Below are positions 1 to 9,865 of a stretch of DNA of 64,000 bases, in pieces; position 1 is the stretch's first letter, and the number at the start of each line of letters is the position of its first letter. Source of the DNA: Candidatus Latescibacterota bacterium (GTDB lineage: Bacteria > Latescibacterota > UBA2968 > UBA8231). A program made the position numbers and the translations under genes. The stretch covers positions 544,001 through 608,000 of the forward strand of contig CBDAOB010000004.1 in NCBI GenBank assembly GCA_965197905.1. The letters run 5' to 3'. Under the pieces are notes generated by a model that saw only the letters and a program-made list of their open reading frames with translations, searched no databases and had not been told where the DNA came from.

Positions 1-884
1 CGCATGCCCACTCTGTCACCTGCACCATGTCGTCCCTGGCACAGCTCGCCGACCTGACCGTTGACACGCCATTGATGAACCGGGTGAAGGCGTTCTACGA
101 CAACGGTCTCTTTGAGATGCGCGACGGGATTGGCTGGTCCATCGAGGACACGTCACCGGAGAGCAACAGGCCCGACGAGGGCGAGATGAACAACACCGGC
201 GACATCCTCGAGACGGCGCTGATCCTGGGGCGGTGGGGGTACACCGAGTACTACCACGACGCCGAGCGGATCCTGCGCTGTCATCTGCTGCCGTCGCAGC
301 TGCGCGACGTATCGTGGATCGAGGCGCCGGCGAATCCGGACGGGGTAGACGCCCTGACCGATGTCGCCGGGCGCATCCGGGGCTCCTTCGGCTTCCCGGC
401 CCCTTTCGGGCACGGACCCCTCGAACAGGAGCGCATGCGCTTCAACACCGACGTCGTCGGCGGCGCGGTCGGGTCGCTGTGCGAGGCCCTTCGGGAAGCG
501 ACGCGGTTCGACGCGACCGGCCACCGGGTCAATCTGCTCTTCGATCGCGAGACGCGTCACCTGAAGATCGAATCTCCCTACACCCATCCTACGCTGTCGG
601 TGCGGGTGAAGACGCCCGCACCGCTGTTCGTCCGCCTGCCGCCCTGGGTCGACGTGGCGGCAATGCGCCTCGAGGGCGTGGAGGGAGAGCTCCGCATGGC
701 GAACGGATATCTGTTCGTGGCCGAGCCGCCGCTGAACCGGCCCATCACCATCGCCTTCGAGCTGCCTACCGAGGAGATCGTGCTCGCCCACCGCACGCGG
801 GAGATCAAGGCGCGCTTGCGCGGCGACGAGGTGGCGGCGATGGAGAGCTTTGGCGCCGACCTGACGTTCTTCGAGCCGTTATGA
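1..884 (+). CDS. 5'-truncated hypothetical protein, possibly GH127/146-like (helical barrel plus C-terminal beta-sandwich)
   Basis: Frame open from the window edge; ORF 27..884; C-terminal SPY...LFVRLPPW segment resembles GH127 beta domains. Confidence 0.45.
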   Translation, partial: HAHSVTCTMSSLAQLADLTVDTPLMNRVKAFYDNGLFEMRDGIGWSIEDTSPESNRPDEGEMNNTGDILETALILGRWGYTEYYHDAERILRCHLLPSQLRDVSWIEAPANPDGVDALTDVAGRIRGSFGFPAPFGHGPLEQERMRFNTDVVGGAVGSLCEALREATRFDATGHRVNLLFDRETRHLKIESPYTHPTLSVRVKTPAPLFVRLPPWVDVAAMRLEGVEGELRMANGYLFVAEPPLNRPITIAFELPTEEIVLAHRTREIKARLRGDEVAAMESFGADLTFFEPL

Positions 885-981
885 GCACAACTTTGGCTAC
901 CGCAATCGGCGTCGGCAAAAGGCACTTGCTTTCCCATCAAGAAAAGGATTGCAAGTGCCTATTTTTAATTAATTTAAGTTA

Positions 982-1058
982 TGGCGCACCCAGTAGGACT
1001 CGAACCCACAACCCCCTGATCCGAAGTCAGGTGCTCTATCCAATTGAGCTATGGGTGC
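982..1058 (-). tRNA. tRNA-Arg(UCG)
   Basis: Reverse complement GCACCCATAGCTCAATTGGATAGAGCACCTGAC-TTCGGA-TCAGG...GTTCGAGTCCTACTGGGTGCGCCA; cloverleaf, anticodon TCG, encoded CCA. Confidence 0.95.
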
Positions 1059-1183
1059 ACCCAAGAAAGCATTTTTTGGCGGTCGACCACATCGAAGCTA
1101 CAAACAAATGACGCTTCCGTCACCGTAGGTTCCCGACGGCTCTTCGTCGATCGCCTGAAGTAGCCCGCGTCGTACTCCAATAG

Positions 1184-1213
1184 AAAAGGGCCCGATCGAC
1201 GACCAGGCCCTTT
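1184..1213 (-). terminator. Intrinsic terminator after the sigma factor gene
   Basis: Hairpin AAAGGGCC...GGCCCTTTT on the minus strand downstream of the stop at 1260. Confidence 0.65.
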
Positions 1214-1259
1214 CCCCTCCGTAATACTGACTTCGTTACCCTACTATTAGTACACCTTC

Positions 1260-2126
1260 TTAGTATACCTCGACTTCGTCAATCAACGACCGTAGTGCTC
1301 CGCCGGTCTCAGGATGGCGCAGCTTGAGAAAGGCCCGTTCCTTCAGTTGCCGCACGCGTTCGCGAGTCAACCCCATGACCGAACCGATCTCCTCCAATGT
1401 CATCGGTTCGTTGCCATCCAAGCCGAAGTAGAGCCGAAGAATATAACGCTCACGATCATCCAGGTATTTTAGCGCGGCGGCAACCTCATCGGTTACGTCC
1501 CGCTTGAAGAGGGCTGTATCCGGCCCGTCCTGCTTGGTGTCGGAAAGCACACTGAGCAACGTACGATCATCGCCGTCGTCGAAACTGTCATCCAACGATC
1601 GTGCCGGGCGCCCGCTGAGCATCGCGTCTAGGACTTCGTCGGCCGACAGATCAAGCTCGTCGGCAATCTCCTCGACCTTCGGCTCGCTTTCGCGACCCTG
1701 TCCAAGCCGCTTGGCAGCCTTGGAGATGTCATTCAACAGGCTAAGCTTGTTCAGCGGCAGACGCACGGTGCGACCATGATCTGCTATTCCCTGCAGGATC
1801 GACTGCTTGATCCACCAGACGGCGTAGGAGATGAACTTGTACCCCTTGTCCCCGTCGAAACGCTCGGACGCAATCAGCAAGCCCATGTTCCCCAGGCTGA
1901 TCAGCTCACCCATATCCAAACCGCGGTTCTGATACCCCTTAGCCACATCGATCACAAAACGCAGATTCGCTTCGACGAGTTCCTGCCGAGCATCGTGGTC
2001 ACCGCCTTTGATGAGCCTCGACAGCTCTTGCTCCCGCTCGCGGGACAGCGGCGTGGAGTCGGCAATATCCTCGAAATACATGCGCAGGGTAATGTCCTGC
2101 CGTTCCATGAGTTCCTTGATAGCCAT
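1260..2126 (-). CDS. RNA polymerase sigma-70 factor, RpoD/SigA family, short form lacking region 1.1
   Basis: LVEANLRFVIDVAKGY, KFISYAVWWIKQSI, TLEEIG...LTRERVRQ motifs. Confidence 0.93.
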   Translation of the reverse strand: MAIKELMERQDITLRMYFEDIADSTPLSREREQELSRLIKGGDHDARQELVEANLRFVIDVAKGYQNRGLDMGELISLGNMGLLIASERFDGDKGYKFISYAVWWIKQSILQGIADHGRTVRLPLNKLSLLNDISKAAKRLGQGRESEPKVEEIADELDLSADEVLDAMLSGRPARSLDDSFDDGDDRTLLSVLSDTKQDGPDTALFKRDVTDEVAAALKYLDDRERYILRLYFGLDGNEPMTLEEIGSVMGLTRERVRQLKERAFLKLRHPETGGALRSLIDEVEVY

Positions 2127-2336
2127 GATTACCTCATCCTGCTTGATGCAAATTCTGCACGACCGTCACCATCGTCTTCTGGTCGCATGCAGATTTTGCT
2201 TTTTTGTTCGACCGCAAGGAGTTGTGAGAATTCGCCGTCCCGGCGGGTTTATCAGAAACCCTGCCGAGGCTGGCTTACAACCGATCGATCGAAAGTCTTC
2301 TCGGGAGCAGAGCTTAAACTCTGCATATTGGTGTTA

Positions 2337-2352
2337 TGCAAATTGTGTGCCA
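2337..2352 (-). promoter_or_regulatory. Sigma-54 (-24/-12) promoter facing the sigma-70 gene
   Basis: Minus strand TGGCACACAATTTGCA: GG-N10-GC with TGGCAC and TTGC boxes. Confidence 0.7.
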
Positions 2353-2440
2353 GCATCGACTTAATCCTCTTAACATGTTGTAAATATTGCATTTTTGTCG
2401 ATACATTTGCACCGACGGTAGATACAAAATGTTGTGGAAT

Positions 2441-2475
2441 GTAATCATGCATGCAATTATTGCACGCATGATTAC
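2441..2475. promoter_or_regulatory. 35-bp near-perfect palindrome, candidate enhancer (UAS) for a sigma-54 activator
   Basis: GTAATCATGCATGCAAT-T-ATTGCACGCATGATTAC, arms match 16/17, about 90-120 bp upstream of the -24/-12 box. Confidence 0.5.
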
Positions 2476-2505
2476 GCCTGCGGAGAATCAGGTCGGGATC
2501 CGCCG

Positions 2506-3744
2506 CTAAGGAGGCGCAAAAGGCAGAAAGTAACAGGCCGCATCGGCAAAGGCCAACTCCGTCGCTTCCGGGCAAAGCATATAAACTCCGTACCGAACCT
2601 CTGGTTGAGACGGCAGCAGAAGCGCTTCGAGAAACAGGATACCTCCATCGCCGCCGCGAACAGCCGCCGGACCGACAGCTATGCGAAACGGATGGGGCCG
2701 CGATAGCGATCCATCCGGGTGTTGTTCGTAGAGCGATAGATACGAATCGCGTATCGTTCGCGCTCCGACCAGCACCAGCATGCCCTCGCCGGTTGTTGAG
2801 AAGGGTGTCGCGGAGTAAAGCTGTGGGACGCAAGGACCAATCCGGTGACTAGGTAGACGAACGCGCGGGGTTGTGCGCCAACACCGATAATCAATGCCAC
2901 CAGGAAAGGGACACCCCACGGCAATCCCAAATAGAATCTTGCCTCGAGCCGACGTCCTACCATAATGGCGATCCCCACTGCTGCTCCCACCGCCGGAACG
3001 AGACCGGTCCAGCCGCCGACAAACTGAAGGATTACCCCCGACATGAATTGCGGCGTCACCAGCGGATCCACCCAGGTATCGATTCCCCATCGCGCACTGG
3101 CGTCAAGCAACGGCAGGTAGGCGAGAGCGATCGAGATCAGCGCCGCCCCTCCGGAGAGGATCAGAGAACAACGCAACTTCCCGCTGCCGCCAATTCCCGC
3201 CCACGCCAACAATGAAAGCAGATGAAAAACGCCACTCGGGAGCGTCCACGCTGCCAGAAAGCCGGAGAGCGCGAAGCCAGTCCAATCGCCAAAGCGGTTG
3301 TTCTGCGTGGCTCGACATAAAAAGAGTGTCGACAGAGGTCGTCAGAATGAGCAGAGATACCCGCGAGCTGCCTGCGAGTGGGAGATGTGGATTGGTAACA
3401 CGGCCAGGAGCCACGCCGCCAAGGTTCGCCGGCTCGGCGAAGAGCGCGCGGCCCAGGAGATAGACCACCGGCACCGTTGCCAGACCTGCCAGCAACGCCG
3501 GCAGGCGCACCATCCAGTTCTCTTTTCCCAGCTGGTTCACGACCAGGCGCACCAGCAGGGAGTGGAAAATGTGGTTATTGGGTTCGGCGTAGGCCGTGAT
3601 CAAACGCGCAACGGGTTGGCTCGAGAAAGCCTCTACCGTGTACGCCTCGTCGTGCCCCAGGCTGGCATCGATTCGCGACAGACGCAGCAGCAAAGCCACC
3701 AGGACTGCTCCGAGGACCAGCCAGGTGTGAAGACGGAATGACAT
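2506..3744 (-). pseudogene. Frameshifted GT39/ArnT-like membrane glycosyltransferase
   Basis: N-terminus LLRL...SLGHDEAYT...NNHIFHSLL...RLPALLAG typical of GT-C proteins; protein-like sequence continues in other frames (2679..3212, 2506..3090). Confidence 0.6.
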
Positions 3745-3822
3745 TCGACAAAGAACCTAGCCATCGTCTAAGCTAGCAAGCCGTTTGATATGCTCAGTCT
3801 ACCTCCACCGGCCGGGACCTTG

Positions 3823-5562
3823 TCAGTCGTCCGCTTGGCAGCGAATCAACAGCTCGCACTGGTGTAGCGTCGGCCAGCCCTTGCCGACGCCGGGAGCGTT
3901 CAACTCCCAACCGCGCGGCGATTCCTCACCGTCCATGATGACGAGCACCGTATTCTCACCCCGGCGAATGGGGGGATCGTGCACTACGATCCATTCCTCC
4001 CCTTTCGAGCTCCGGATTCTGTCTGTTCCCTGCAGACTAAGTCGCCGCCCGTTCACCTCGCAGACGATACGATCGATATTCTCCTCGTACTCCGTGAGGC
4101 AAAGTCGCAGCTCGGTCTTTCTGATGCGACCGCTGGCGAGTCCACCCTCAACGTCATCTTCCACCTGGAGCCGCATGGCATGTTCCGGACCGGCGCCGCG
4201 GCCGGCGAGCGCGAATTTGCGAGGGATCTGGTGCGCATGGTCTCCGAGATAACCCGCCGTCGCTAGCTGATAGCAGCGATCCAGCGACCCGAGCGCTTCC
4301 GGATCTGCAAGGTCGCGCATCGTCTGCAGGTCGGCGCTCGTATACCGATCGGAAGCAAACGGCCCGATTCGTCCCTGATAGATAGGGGGATACTCGCGGA
4401 CCTCCATGTCGCTGGTGTCGCCCTCGGCCACCGGTTGGGCCCGGTGATTGGCGTAATCGTGGTTGAAGAGATGCACTCCGGCTCCCCCCTGTAGATAGGC
4501 ATTGTGGGCGATCGCGTGGCGAAGCGACGGATGTCCGTCTTCGTAGCCGTTCTGCGGGGACGCGGGGTAGGTCCCACCCGAACCGACAAAGACCAGAGTG
4601 CCGCTCGATGCGGCGGCGGCCGCTGCCCGCGCCACGTCGTTGTGGGATCTCCATCCACCTGGCGAGGAAATGGCGACAAGCTCGAAGAGCCCGTCGCGAA
4701 TCCAGGTTTCGACGTCGAGGCCGATCTCCAGTGAGGCGTCGAGACTGGACGGTACCCTACACGAAAGCTTGACCTCTCGACCGCGCCGTTTGGCGTGTTT
4801 GGCCCCCACCTGACGCGCTTCGCGGATGAACTCGGTCATGGTCTCTACATGCTTGACAGCCTGATGGGGTTTGAAGAACGGCGGGGTACGACAGAAATCC
4901 AGCTCCATCCCGTCCACATCGTAGCGGGCGAGGGTGTCGTCGAAGAGTCCAAGAAAACGGGTTCGAACCTCTTCGCGGGCCCAGTCCCACTGCCAGCAGA
5001 AGTTGAAATCCTGGGCGTAGCCGTCCGTACCGGCTGGCGGCGAACCGATGAGCCAGTCCAGGTGGCCCACCTTCGCGGCCGAGCGACGAGCGTCGGCCAT
5101 CCGGTGCTCCATATTGCAATGGGCATCGTTCATGCGAAAAGAAGCGAAAATTCCCAAACCCACTTCTCGCGCGCGATCCACAAACAGCTGGAAGACATCG
5201 TGACCGTCATCCACCATCGCTTTCAAGTTCATCTGCAGCAGGTCGGAAGATCCGATTATCGCGTCAGCTGCAGGCGCGGCGTTCAGATCGCCATCGGGCA
5301 GGACCTCGGCGATATCCTTCCCCATGGTCTCGCCCCACAACTCTCCGTGGGCGCTGCCGCGCCAGGAAAGGTCATCGTTCACCCCCACCAGCACGGAGAC
5401 CACATCGACGCAGGTGTCGCCCAACGGGACCATCATCTCCGTAACGTCCGCCGGGTTCCGGCGACAGAGGTACTTGAACACCAGGCAACCGTCGGTATTG
5501 AAGACGATGCGCGGGGGCCACCTGTAGCCAGGTGCGGCGTTGGAACTCGTTTCTGCTGGCAT
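3823..5562 (-). CDS. Hypothetical TIM-barrel glycoside hydrolase-like protein (GHL10-like)
   Basis: 579-aa ORF with FNTDG, FASFRMNDAH and YDVDGMELDF motifs. Confidence 0.7.
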   Translation of the reverse strand: MPAETSSNAAPGYRWPPRIVFNTDGCLVFKYLCRRNPADVTEMMVPLGDTCVDVVSVLVGVNDDLSWRGSAHGELWGETMGKDIAEVLPDGDLNAAPAADAIIGSSDLLQMNLKAMVDDGHDVFQLFVDRAREVGLGIFASFRMNDAHCNMEHRMADARRSAAKVGHLDWLIGSPPAGTDGYAQDFNFCWQWDWAREEVRTRFLGLFDDTLARYDVDGMELDFCRTPPFFKPHQAVKHVETMTEFIREARQVGAKHAKRRGREVKLSCRVPSSLDASLEIGLDVETWIRDGLFELVAISSPGGWRSHNDVARAAAAAASSGTLVFVGSGGTYPASPQNGYEDGHPSLRHAIAHNAYLQGGAGVHLFNHDYANHRAQPVAEGDTSDMEVREYPPIYQGRIGPFASDRYTSADLQTMRDLADPEALGSLDRCYQLATAGYLGDHAHQIPRKFALAGRGAGPEHAMRLQVEDDVEGGLASGRIRKTELRLCLTEYEENIDRIVCEVNGRRLSLQGTDRIRSSKGEEWIVVHDPPIRRGENTVLVIMDGEESPRGWELNAPGVGKGWPTLHQCELLIRCQADD

Positions 5563-5610
5563 TTTTCCTGTTTCCTTTGTGAGGCCGGTGCGAAAGTGCG
5601 AACAGCTCGA

Positions 5611-6216
5611 CTACTCGGCTTCGATCATCGTTTCCGCCAGGGCGAAGACACACGAGCTGTGCGCTTTCCCCAGGCTTTGGGACCACGCCTCATTGGGATA
5701 CGGCGCTCCGGAAACCCTGTTCCCGTCGACCTCTATGCTCGCTTGCTCGGCGAACAGCAAGATCGTGAAGACGATCTGCGGATGAATCGTCGGCGGCCCA
5801 ACCAAAGAATTCAGATTCGACCAGGTGGCAACGATTCGGTTGGCGCCGGCGTCGATGGTCCAAGAGGGTTCTCGTTGTATGTCGCCGCTAAGGGTGAACT
5901 GCGCGTCGCGGGTAGCGAGCTTTCGGAGCCAGGGACTCTTCTTCAGGTATGGATTATCGCGGATCATCTGAGCGTCGATGAACTGCGCATATTCGCGGTT
6001 ATCGGTGCACACGGCGGCAAACCCGGAGGATTCGGTTCCTGCCAGGTCGTCGGGTATGTCTACGTAGGCCACCGTGCCGCGGCCAGCCGGACTGTAATAA
6101 CTGTGATAGAGGCTGACCATGCCGGTGTTCGACTCGCTGTCAGCCGGTCGGATGTAGTTGATCCAATGTTCCCCGGACCAGAGCAGCTTGCCCCGACTCA
6201 GGTTAGCTGTCGTCAA
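5611..6216 (-). CDS. Hypothetical protein
   Basis: 201-aa ORF with GGAG RBS, co-oriented with the downstream gene. Confidence 0.7.
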   Translation of the reverse strand: MTTANLSRGKLLWSGEHWINYIRPADSESNTGMVSLYHSYYSPAGRGTVAYVDIPDDLAGTESSGFAAVCTDNREYAQFIDAQMIRDNPYLKKSPWLRKLATRDAQFTLSGDIQREPSWTIDAGANRIVATWSNLNSLVGPPTIHPQIVFTILLFAEQASIEVDGNRVSGAPYPNEAWSQSLGKAHSSCVFALAETMIEAE

Positions 6217-6368
6217 TGTTGATCTCCCTGTTCAGCTCTTATAGCGAAACCACAAGATAGCAGAATCCTACCATTGGAGCGATTTCGCGACCTCCCGACC
6301 GAACCTTGTCCGTTCTGTAATTGGTATGTATTTATCTCTGGCACGCTGGCGCAAAGAAAAGGAACGAT

Positions 6369-7868
6369 ATGACATCGATCGAGCTGGTCCCACAACCGTT
6401 CCTCGATTGGTACGGTGTCTGGGCGGGTCAGACCGGAATAGACGAAAACAATCAGGCCTGGGGCCAGGACCCGCCGATGGGCGTAAGCCTGAGGGTGCAG
6501 CGGGCGGTGAAGTCCGAGGTTTTCATTCGCGCGGAACATCCTTGGGAGCAGGGAAGCGCTTCTCCGAGTTGTGTCGTTGAGGATGGAGGCCTGCTGAAGC
6601 TCTGGTATCACAGCTGCGGCGCGGTTGAAGGGGACGTCACTTACATGGCGTATGCCGAAAGCACCGACGGTTTCGAATGGCACCGTCCGGACTTGGGGTT
6701 GCGAGAGTACCGAGGGTCCAGGAAAAACAATCTGCTGTTCTCCATGAAGGAGTTCGAGTTGCAATCCGTTTTTGTCGATCCTTCCGCACCCGCGGAGGAG
6801 CGATTCAAAGCGTTGGCCCGCGATGCCATCGTCTACCACAAAGGCCGCGTCATTCCGAAGGTATCGAAAGAGGAGAAATGGGAGATACGGCGGCAGATGG
6901 ATGAGGCGGGCCTGACGCGGGAGCAAAAAGCAGAGGAATTTTATTTCCACGGATTGCTGCGCGGAGCCGTATCACCGGACGGATGCCGCTAGAAATTCCT
7001 CGAAGAACCATTGCTGAACGTGGGTAGGTCGGGCCTCGACAGCCAGAATATCGCCAGCTTCGATCCGGACACGGGGACCTATTTGGGATACCTGCGCGGA
7101 CACATGGATCGCCGCCGCTGCATCCGCCGCACCGAGGGGAACGAATTTGGCAACTGGTCCGCGACGCGACCGGTCTTCATCATGGATCCCCAGGATCCCG
7201 CGGACGACGATGTATACAGCTCCGCGTACTGCCGTTGCCCGGGCAGTGGTCGGCATCTGATCTTCCCGGGCATCTATCACCGGTCGGCGTCCACCACCGA
7301 CGTTCAGATAGCCACCAGTCGTGACGGCCAGCTGTGGAGCCGCCCGGAACGCAAGCCCATCGTGACGCGGGAAATCGAAGGCGATAACTACGGCATGGTC
7401 TTCGCCTTCCCCGATCTGGTACACCTTGCGGCCGACGAGTGGGGCCTTATGATGCACGGCAGCTTCGATCTGCACGATTGGGGCAACCGGTTCGATGCCG
7501 GCAAGAAGCCGGAATGGCGGTGGGCTCAATGGAAGCGCGATCGATTGGTGGCGCTGGAAGCACCGGCGGAAGGCGGGGTGACCCTGGTGGAGCGCGAGTG
7601 CCAGGGTCAGGAGCTTCGAGTTAACTTCCAGACTGAGAAAGAGGGGGGCTGGATCAAGGTGGAGCTGGTGGAGCCACCCGCGACGCCGGCAGCGGCCGTT
7701 AAGGCGATTGAAGGTTTTGGTCTCGATACGGCTGATCTCTTGAGCGGCGACAAGGTTTCTGCCGTGGCTACCTGGAAAGGGAAGAGCGATCTCTCCTCTC
7801 TACGGGGAAGGCATATTTCCATCCGCATCCGCATGGCCCGCGCCAAGCTGTTTTCCACCGCCATGTGA
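6369..7868 (+). pseudogene. Beta-propeller glycosidase-like protein interrupted by one in-frame TAG (6990-6992)
   Basis: ORFs 6321..6992 and 7011..7868 share a frame; Asp-box motifs AESTDGFEW, SPDGCR*, TSRDGQLW; colinear with paralogue 18995..20575. Confidence 0.8.
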
Positions 7869-7875
7869 AACTGGA

Positions 7876-9786
7876 ATGCATCTCACGATCACTGCCTCGC
7901 CGTGGACAGCTGTATTCGTCGGCTGGATCTCTGTAACGGTCAACCTCTCAAACTTGGGAGCATCAGCAGCAATGGAGGAAACCTGGAACAATTCGCTGCA
8001 GCCAGGCGGCGAGGCAGTTGCCCCTGTTACTCTGTCCAGCTACGGCACCAGTGACTACGCCATCGTCGTTCCTGCGGACGCCTCGACGCAGGACACGAAG
8101 GCGGCGTCTCTGCTGCAGGATTGGGTACAGCAGATCGGTGACGTCCAACTGCCCGTCCTGGCTGACACCACCACTGTGCGTTCTCACGAAATCAGCGTTG
8201 GTATAACCAGTCGTCTAGACCATACCGATTTGAGGTTGGAAACGCAGGGCCTTGGTGAAGATGGCTACGAGATCGCGGTCGATCGGAGTAGGATATATCT
8301 CCTTGGCGGCACGCGTCGCGGACCGATCAACGCCGTCCTTGCGCTGCTGGAAGAGGATCTGGGCATTCGTTGGTATACACCATCTGCGCATCGCGCGGAG
8401 AAAAGGTCTGTTATTAAGGTTAGTATCGTACCGCGCCGTTACATACCTGCCTTGAGTCTGCGCGACCCCTTCGTTTTTGATGCTTTCGACGGGAACTGGT
8501 CGCTCATGAATCGCACGAACTCCCATGCCGCTTCCGTCCCGGAAGAGTTGGGCGGTCATCTCAGTTACCCGCGGGGCTGGTATGTGCACACAGCGGACGA
8601 GATGGTTTCGCTGACGCTGTTCGAAGAACACCCGGAGTACTTTGCCGAGATCGACGGCAAGCGCATGCGCGAGCGGGAAGGAAGGCATCCAGCGCAACTA
8701 TGCCTGACCAACACGAATGTTCAGCGCCTTGCCAGCGAAAAGGTCGTCAAAACTCTCGATGAGAATCCGGGCGCCCGCCTGATCAGCGTCTCCCCCAATG
8801 ACGGCGGGGACTACTGCGAGTGTTCGGTGTGCACCGCCTTCAACGATGCGGAGCAGAGTGACGGCGCTACGCTTCTCCACTTCGTCAACCTGGTGGCGGA
8901 GGCGATTGCGGCGAAACATCCCGATGTCCGCGTGGTGCATCTCGCTTATCTTGGAACGGATACGGCCACCAAGACGATTCGTCCGCGGGACAATGTAGTT
9001 GTAATGTTCGCCACCGACTACGATGCGTGGCGCTGGCCGTTTGTGCCTTACGCAATGACCGAAGTGACCCATCGCCGCCTGGCAATGTGGCCGGAGATGG
9101 GAGCGCACGTGCACGTGTGGGATTACGTTACCAATTTCAGCCACTACCTGTTGCCCATGCCGAACATTTCCGTCATCGAGCGGAACATGCGTTTCCTCCT
9201 GGATGAGGGTGTGGAAGGCCTCTTTCTCCAGGGCGCCTACCAGAGTCCGGGCTCCGCCCGAGGCCCCATGCGCGCCTGGGTGTGGGCCAAGAAATTATGG
9301 GACCCAAGTCGCAGTGCAGAAGAACTCGTCCACGACTTCACCTACGGATATTTCGAGGCTGCCGCTCCACCCATGCAGGAGTACAACGAGCTCTTAGAGC
9401 GCACCCACCGACAGCACACGGACCGATTCGTCGCCGAGTACGAATCGGGTCATGAGCGGCTGTATAACATTCGTTACAAACCAGACGTAGTGTTTCTCGA
9501 CACCGAGTTTCTACAGGCTGCCTCTCGCCTCTTCGCAGAAGCCGAGCATCTGGCAAATTCGGACGAAATTCTAGCCCGTGTTCGACTGGCAAAGCTGTCC
9601 ATCCTCTATGCCAAGCTGTCCCGGGCTCCCGGGTACACCGAAGATGACTACGGCGAGTTGATCGCGGAGTTTGAGCGAATTGCTACAGCTGAGAAGGTCA
9701 CACACCTGCGGGAAGGCGCGCCCGATGTAGACGAAAAGTTATCTGGTTGGCGGGAGAACAACGAAGAGTACCAAGCGCAGAATTGA
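7876..9786 (+). CDS. DUF4838-like domain protein (putative glycoside hydrolase)
   Basis: EHPEYFA, QLCLTN, SPNDG..CECSVC, HLAY, VWDY motifs; start may be 7972. Confidence 0.75.
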   Translation: MHLTITASPWTAVFVGWISVTVNLSNLGASAAMEETWNNSLQPGGEAVAPVTLSSYGTSDYAIVVPADASTQDTKAASLLQDWVQQIGDVQLPVLADTTTVRSHEISVGITSRLDHTDLRLETQGLGEDGYEIAVDRSRIYLLGGTRRGPINAVLALLEEDLGIRWYTPSAHRAEKRSVIKVSIVPRRYIPALSLRDPFVFDAFDGNWSLMNRTNSHAASVPEELGGHLSYPRGWYVHTADEMVSLTLFEEHPEYFAEIDGKRMREREGRHPAQLCLTNTNVQRLASEKVVKTLDENPGARLISVSPNDGGDYCECSVCTAFNDAEQSDGATLLHFVNLVAEAIAAKHPDVRVVHLAYLGTDTATKTIRPRDNVVVMFATDYDAWRWPFVPYAMTEVTHRRLAMWPEMGAHVHVWDYVTNFSHYLLPMPNISVIERNMRFLLDEGVEGLFLQGAYQSPGSARGPMRAWVWAKKLWDPSRSAEELVHDFTYGYFEAAAPPMQEYNELLERTHRQHTDRFVAEYESGHERLYNIRYKPDVVFLDTEFLQAASRLFAEAEHLANSDEILARVRLAKLSILYAKLSRAPGYTEDDYGELIAEFERIATAEKVTHLREGAPDVDEKLSGWRENNEEYQAQN

Positions 9787-9865
9787 TTTTGGGGACCGAA
9801 AGACATGTCGGAGACCCTCTGCGCCAGCTGAATACGGAATCGTGGAAGGTGTCGTGGTTGCCCGA

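Noticed and set aside
4795..6222. Long plus-strand ORF (475 aa)
   Set aside because: Antisense shadow of two better supported minus-strand genes
6990..6992. Genome-wide TAG recoding or pyrrolysine
   Set aside because: TAG ends several intact genes here (14025, 20575, 31584, 38418, 39882), and the site aligns with Trp
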